Shown piece after piece: positions 59,282 through 64,000 of a stretch of 64,000 nucleotides of DNA. The notes below the pieces were generated by a model. That model searched no databases. It saw only the letters and a list, made by a program, of their open reading frames with translations, and was not told where the DNA came from. The first letter of the stretch is position 1. Every line of letters starts with the position of its first letter. The DNA is from Euglena gracilis (taxonomy: Eukaryota), in assembly GCA_039621445.1 (NCBI GenBank), contig CP154954.1, positions 29,707,411 to 29,771,410 on the forward strand. The letters run 5' to 3'. A program made the translations under genes and the position numbers.

Positions 59282-60539
59282 GGTTTGGGCGGTGCGAAGA
59301 AGCCCGGGGTCCGGCCAGGGGGGGGGTTGGCGTGGCGAAAGGGTCCTGGAGGGGGGGAGGGGTGCGCGAAGGTCTTCCGAATTTTTTTTTTCCCGGTTTG
59401 GAGGCTAGGCACGCCGCTCGGAGGGGTCCGGGGCCCCCCCCCCCCGCGCGGCGCCCGCGCGGCCGCTCGCCCCCCTCTCTCCCCTCTCCACCCCCCTCCC
59501 CCCCATTGTGCCTAGCATGCCCAAGAAAAAGCATTTTTTGAGCAAAAATGGCCCGAAAATGGCCAAAAATGACCACTTTTTTGACCCGAAAATAGGCCGC
59601 GTGCCGCCCGCGCGGCCGCCCTCGGACCCCCCCCACCCCCCGCGGTGCCTAGTCTCCAAGTGTCTCTCGCCTCCTTTGAAAAAGTTACTAGTGCTAGGGA
59701 CATTTTTGCCAGTGGCAAAAGCTTTGAAAAAAAATTGACTGCACATTCTTGGTCATTTTTACGGTCTTTTTGGTCATCTTTGCCAAAAAAAAGATGACAA
59801 AATATGTTTGCAGTCCCGATCATAGTCCCGATCCCCATTCAGTGAATTCTTGCCCATTGTCCAGCAATCTCATTTCATTCATAAGGGCATCGGCGTTTTG
59901 TGTATCGTGGTCCATTTTTAACATGAGCGTCAAAAAATGAAACAACACCAACAACTTTTCTTCGGCGCCTTCGGCGCCAAATTCCTTTGGTTTTCCTTGT
60001 TCAGGTTATTTCAAAAAAACATTTTTAATTTTTTCTGTCTTTCAGGGGTGAAACCCGAAAAGGTGGGAAGTGTACGAATACAGGGGGGGGGGCTCCCTAC
60101 AGGACTCTGTGAAGAGTGCTGCAAACAAAGAGCCGTTACAATAGCCAGTGTACCTGGTAGTTCGTCCAGGTAATAAAGGTGCTCACTGCGCCCCACCTCG
60201 AAGTGGGAGGGGGCATTGTCGGCCACAAGAATGACAGACACAGGGTGCCGCACACTTTACGTTTTCGGGTGGCTGGAAAAAGGCTGGCTGGACCCCCCAC
60301 AACTTTTTTTGTCTTTTTTGTCTGTCCAGGGGTCTTAAAACGAAGCCCGCACATGGTTTTTTGAAGGAAACCACCATTTTTCACAAAAAAAATCTCTTTT
60401 CCCTGAAGCCCAAAATGCTCGATTGAAAGTTTACGGTTTGGGACACCCTGATTGGGACTGGGAGGCTCAGTTCTGTGACGTCTTTCTTTTATCACGTCCA
60501 TCACCTTCCTTAGTGACCTCATCCAAGATAGGGCCGGCG

Positions 60540-62420
60540 GGTAAGGTAACAGACCTGAAAATTCACGAAAATTCACCCTTTTTGCGTAAGATTTCAGAGC
60601 CTATTTTTCGGCCACTTTCATTAAGTTTTCTGATGGTGCCGCTGATGTCAATCCTGCTTGGCGAAAGGTCGTTCAGGCTGTATTGCAGAAGTAAGGTGAA
60701 CGTCCCTCTATTCTTGTCCGAAAACACATTGGTTCTTCAGGAAGAACTGCTTTTCTCAGGCCTGAATTTGGGCTGCCTAACCCGCCCCACTGCCCCAAGG
60801 GGGGGGGGGTGGCTTGCCCCGAGCTGGGGCCGGCTGGATTGAAATCAAAAAATTGACCAAAAATGACTTGAAGAACACAGTTTGGTTTAAATAAAATTGT
60901 CTGAAACCGCTGTAAAAAACATGCCCCAAACACCCCCAAAACACCATTTTTGGCCCTTTTCGGACCCTTTTTTCCGGTGTCCCCCTTTTTAAGGGTCTTG
61001 TTTTTAAAAAAAAGTTCAGGAGAAAAACCCAGAACAGTCAAAAACCCTAGGACAGCTCAAAACCCCAGAACACACCCAAACCAAAAACCCAGAACACACC
61101 AAAAAACCAAAAACCCAGCCCAAAAAACCAGAATACGGGCCGAAACCTAGATGACAGCCGAGAAACCCAGAAAACAGCCCAAAAACCCAAACCACAGCCC
61201 GAAAACCCAAAACACAACCTAAACCCCAGATGGAAGCCAAAAAACCATCACGCCCCCCAGAAAACTCAACCCAACCCAAAACCCCAGAACACAGCCCAAA
61301 AAGCCATAATTCACCCAAAAACCCCAAAACACAGCCCAAAAACCCAGAACATTTGCCAAAAACCTGGATGACAGCCCAAAAGCCCACAACACAGGAGCGT
61401 TGGCAGGGGGGGGAGGGGGGTCCCGAGGTCAGTTTTTTTTGCAATTTTGGCACTTTTTGCTTTTGCATTTTTGGCACTTTTTGCTGTACTGTCTCAACAT
61501 AGGGGGGGTCCTGGGGGCCCAACTATACTGCCAACCCCCCCTCAGAAATCGGCCAAAAACCCGGCGCCAAAGGCGCCAGAAAAAAATTTTAGGGCCTTTT
61601 TTTGGTCTAAAAAGGCCATTTTTGGTGTCAAAATTTTCATCTGTCTCGGGGGGGGGGTCGGCACTCGGGGGGGGTCCCGAAAATCCCAACTGTACAGGGG
61701 GGGAGGGGGGAGGGTCCCCAAAAAACCCCAACTGTACTGCCGTCGCCACACAGCTCAAACTGGTCCAAGATGGGAAAATTGGCCCCAAGGTGTGGCCCCC
61801 TCCTGAACACGTTTTCAGGCTGAAATCTGGGCTCAGCCACAATTTGTGTGTAAAAACTGCCACTCACCCCGCTCGATTCTCAGACTACACTGTGCAGATT
61901 TCACTTAAAACCAGTTTCAGAAACCAAGGACTGAAAATGAATCCACAGGAAAATGGTTTTTTCCAATCTGATCTTGAGTCAAGACATGGCATTATACAAA
62001 ACAAACAAACACAAACTAGGTGTTCACAGCTTAATTCGGAACCTGAAGACAGGGTTTTTCCACAGGGTAACCCAGAACCTGCTTCAAAAATAGACATTGG
62101 GATGGACATGATGAACATCTGTACACCTGTGGAGAAGGTGTCCAGGTCATCCAGCAGACCTCATTCATGAGCCACAAACCTGTGAAGAGAACGAGGTGAA
62201 AAACCGTTTGCAGAATGTCACAGACCTTTGGACGGTGGTGACAGCCAGACATGTTGACTCTGTGTGGCTGTTCTTGTACATTAGTAATATCTTGAGACAC
62301 TAAACATAATGAAATCCTTGAGTTTCACACAGCCAACTCACTTGAAGTGTTCGTGTAAGGTGGGGAATAGAACAACACACATCAATTGGTGCGCTGAGTC
62401 ATACCAGAAAGGAGGTGGCC
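60540..62420 (+). repeat. Long dispersed repeat, copy 2 (carries its own insertion at about 61392-61747)
   Basis: Collinear similarity to 54830-56430. Confidence 0.85.
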
Positions 62421-63208
62421 TACTTTTTTTTTTTGATGCTCAACATACAACAGTGGCGGCCTGGGAGGATCACTCCGAGCCGAAGTGCTGTAGGGTGAGA
62501 GTAATGTACATCGCGGCGAGAGGGGAGTCTTGGTGTGCGTACGGGGTAAGGGATGCGCCCCATGGGGAGCGTGTGAAGCGTGAGATGCATAGGGTACGGA
62601 GTGAGCAAGAGAACAAGGAGTACAGCGGAAAGGAATGTTCAATGGTGCGGCTGCAGGGACAGAAGAGAGTTGTGGAAGTGGTGGCGAGTTTAGGGATAAG
62701 AGAGTTGGTCCGGGGGAAGGCTTTGCTTTTGGTGAGGTAAGGACTTTGGTGTCTTTGTGGGCTTGGTCTGTTCGTTGCGGGGTGTGATTTGCTTCTGTTG
62801 TTTGGTTTATTTGGTCATGTTGTTGGCTATGTGTATGGTTGGTGAGTTGTGGTGTCTTCTGCCCTCTGTCGTTTCTTTGTTGGCGTCATTGCTTGCCAGG
62901 CCATGGGCAATGCATTGCCCATCCGATCAGTCGCTTGTTCCTTCGGAGCTCCACCCTCCCAGAGGGCTGGTTGCACTCCTGGGCTGGAACCTTTCCGTGA
63001 CACTCGGTTCAGGGCCGGGCTATTCAAGGCCCGAAGGCACCCAGAGTAGTCAGGTCGGGCTAGTCAAGGCCCCATGGGCACCCGAACGCGTGGTGTGAGG
63101 TTTGCTCGGCCCCCAGGGCGCCCCACACCACACGACGCTCCTGACTGCTGCTCCTGCCGACCCCTCACCGTGGTGGTGTGGAGATGGGCTCGTCGAGGCC
63201 GAGGATTG

Positions 63209-63583
63209 CCATGCCCCCCCCTTTGCTGTTCCCCCCCCCTGCTGTTCCCATTGGGGTGACGGGAACAGTACAGTGTCATAGCACTTTTTGTAAAGGATTC
63301 TTGGAACACAAGGTTAAAAAGGGATTTTTTTGGTCGGTTTTGGGTGCTTTCCATCCCACCAAATCCAACCTAATGCCAAAATGGATGTTGTGAAACCAAA
63401 AAAGCTTCATTTTGGCATTTTAGGTCGCCTTTTGGGTCTAACTTGGTTGGTTGGTTCATGGCCCATGGGAACAGTAAGAGGGGGGGGAGCTTGTCCCCCC
63501 CCCCTTACTGTCCCCCCCCCCTTACTGTTCCCATGGACCCAAAAGGCGTCCACGTGACGGGAACAGTAAGGGGGGGGACATGG
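63209..63583. mobile_element. MITE with CCATG(T/C)CCCCCCC ends and internal CTGTTCCC/GGGAACAG repeats
   Basis: Inverted ends CCATGCCCCCCCCTTTGCTGTTCCC / GGGAACAGTAAGGGGGGGGACATGG; TA follows the right end only. Confidence 0.65.
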
Positions 63584-64000
63584 TACACCCGCGCGGTGCT
63601 GGCATCCATCCTCCTCCTGCCATGTCACCCTCGGGATTCGGAGCTCACCACTTTTCATGGATCGCCTTTGTCCCGAGGCCATGCTCGCCCCAAGGCGCTC
63701 CGACTGCTTCCACAGGGGCTTACATGGGCCTGACTGTACATTGAGCCACCATGCGCAGGTGCCTCCACGGCGACCGCCCTGTGTTTAGGTGACCGGCCGG
63801 TGACCCAGTCGATAGCGATCCCCGACACCGGTGCGCCACACTCCGGTGCTACCCAAAAGGGGCCAGAGCCCCCGCTGGGCCACCCAGGTTTCCCCGGGGA
63901 GGAACCGACGGTCTGATCCACAGCCCCCCGCCGGGGGCTCCCGGATCTGGCCTCGGGGGGGGGGTTGTGGGCCGACCCTAGGGTCGGCCCACGGTCGCCA

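Noticed and set aside
54830-62420. LTR retrotransposon (direct repeats around an RT)
   Set aside because: The RT is non-LTR CRE-like and split on opposite strands; no TG...CA ends, PBS, integrase or gag seen

Overview
Eukaryotic nuclear DNA, most likely from a euglenid. This is inferred from short GC3-rich exons, GTGTG/GTATG donors, some non-GT-AG junctions and introns packed with repeats. Three intron-rich genes lie on the + strand: (1) the last two exons of a NAD(P)H quinone oxidoreductase (zeta-crystallin/PIG3-like), (2) an SNM1/PSO2/DCLRE1-family beta-CASP DNA cross-link repair nuclease (core about 5.1-22.3 kb, with a probable low-complexity tail to about 32.4 kb), and (3) a Fyv7/TAP26(CCDC59)-like rRNA-processing protein (36.3-43.1 kb). 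SNM1 intron 6 holds a near full-length 8.1 kb non-LTR retrotransposon (ORF1; APE-RT-RNaseH-Zn finger ORF2 with a long extra C-terminus). It has a 17-bp TSD in a CCCAYA microsatellite and an oligo(C) rather than poly(A) end. Introns and intergenic DNA contain many unrelated non-autonomous TIR elements with perfect 8-bp TSDs, most with CAG...CTG termini (hAT-like MITEs). Their geometry matches the consensus of euglenid nonconventional introns, suggesting an intron-generating transposon system. The last 20 kb has no recognisable host gene. It holds a degenerate satellite, a SWIM-finger remnant, a TTTAAA-flanked TIR element and a CRE-clade retroelement remnant with an internal inversion between two diverged direct repeats. 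All calls are by eye, exon edges in the tail regions are uncertain, and homopolymer errors are possible.
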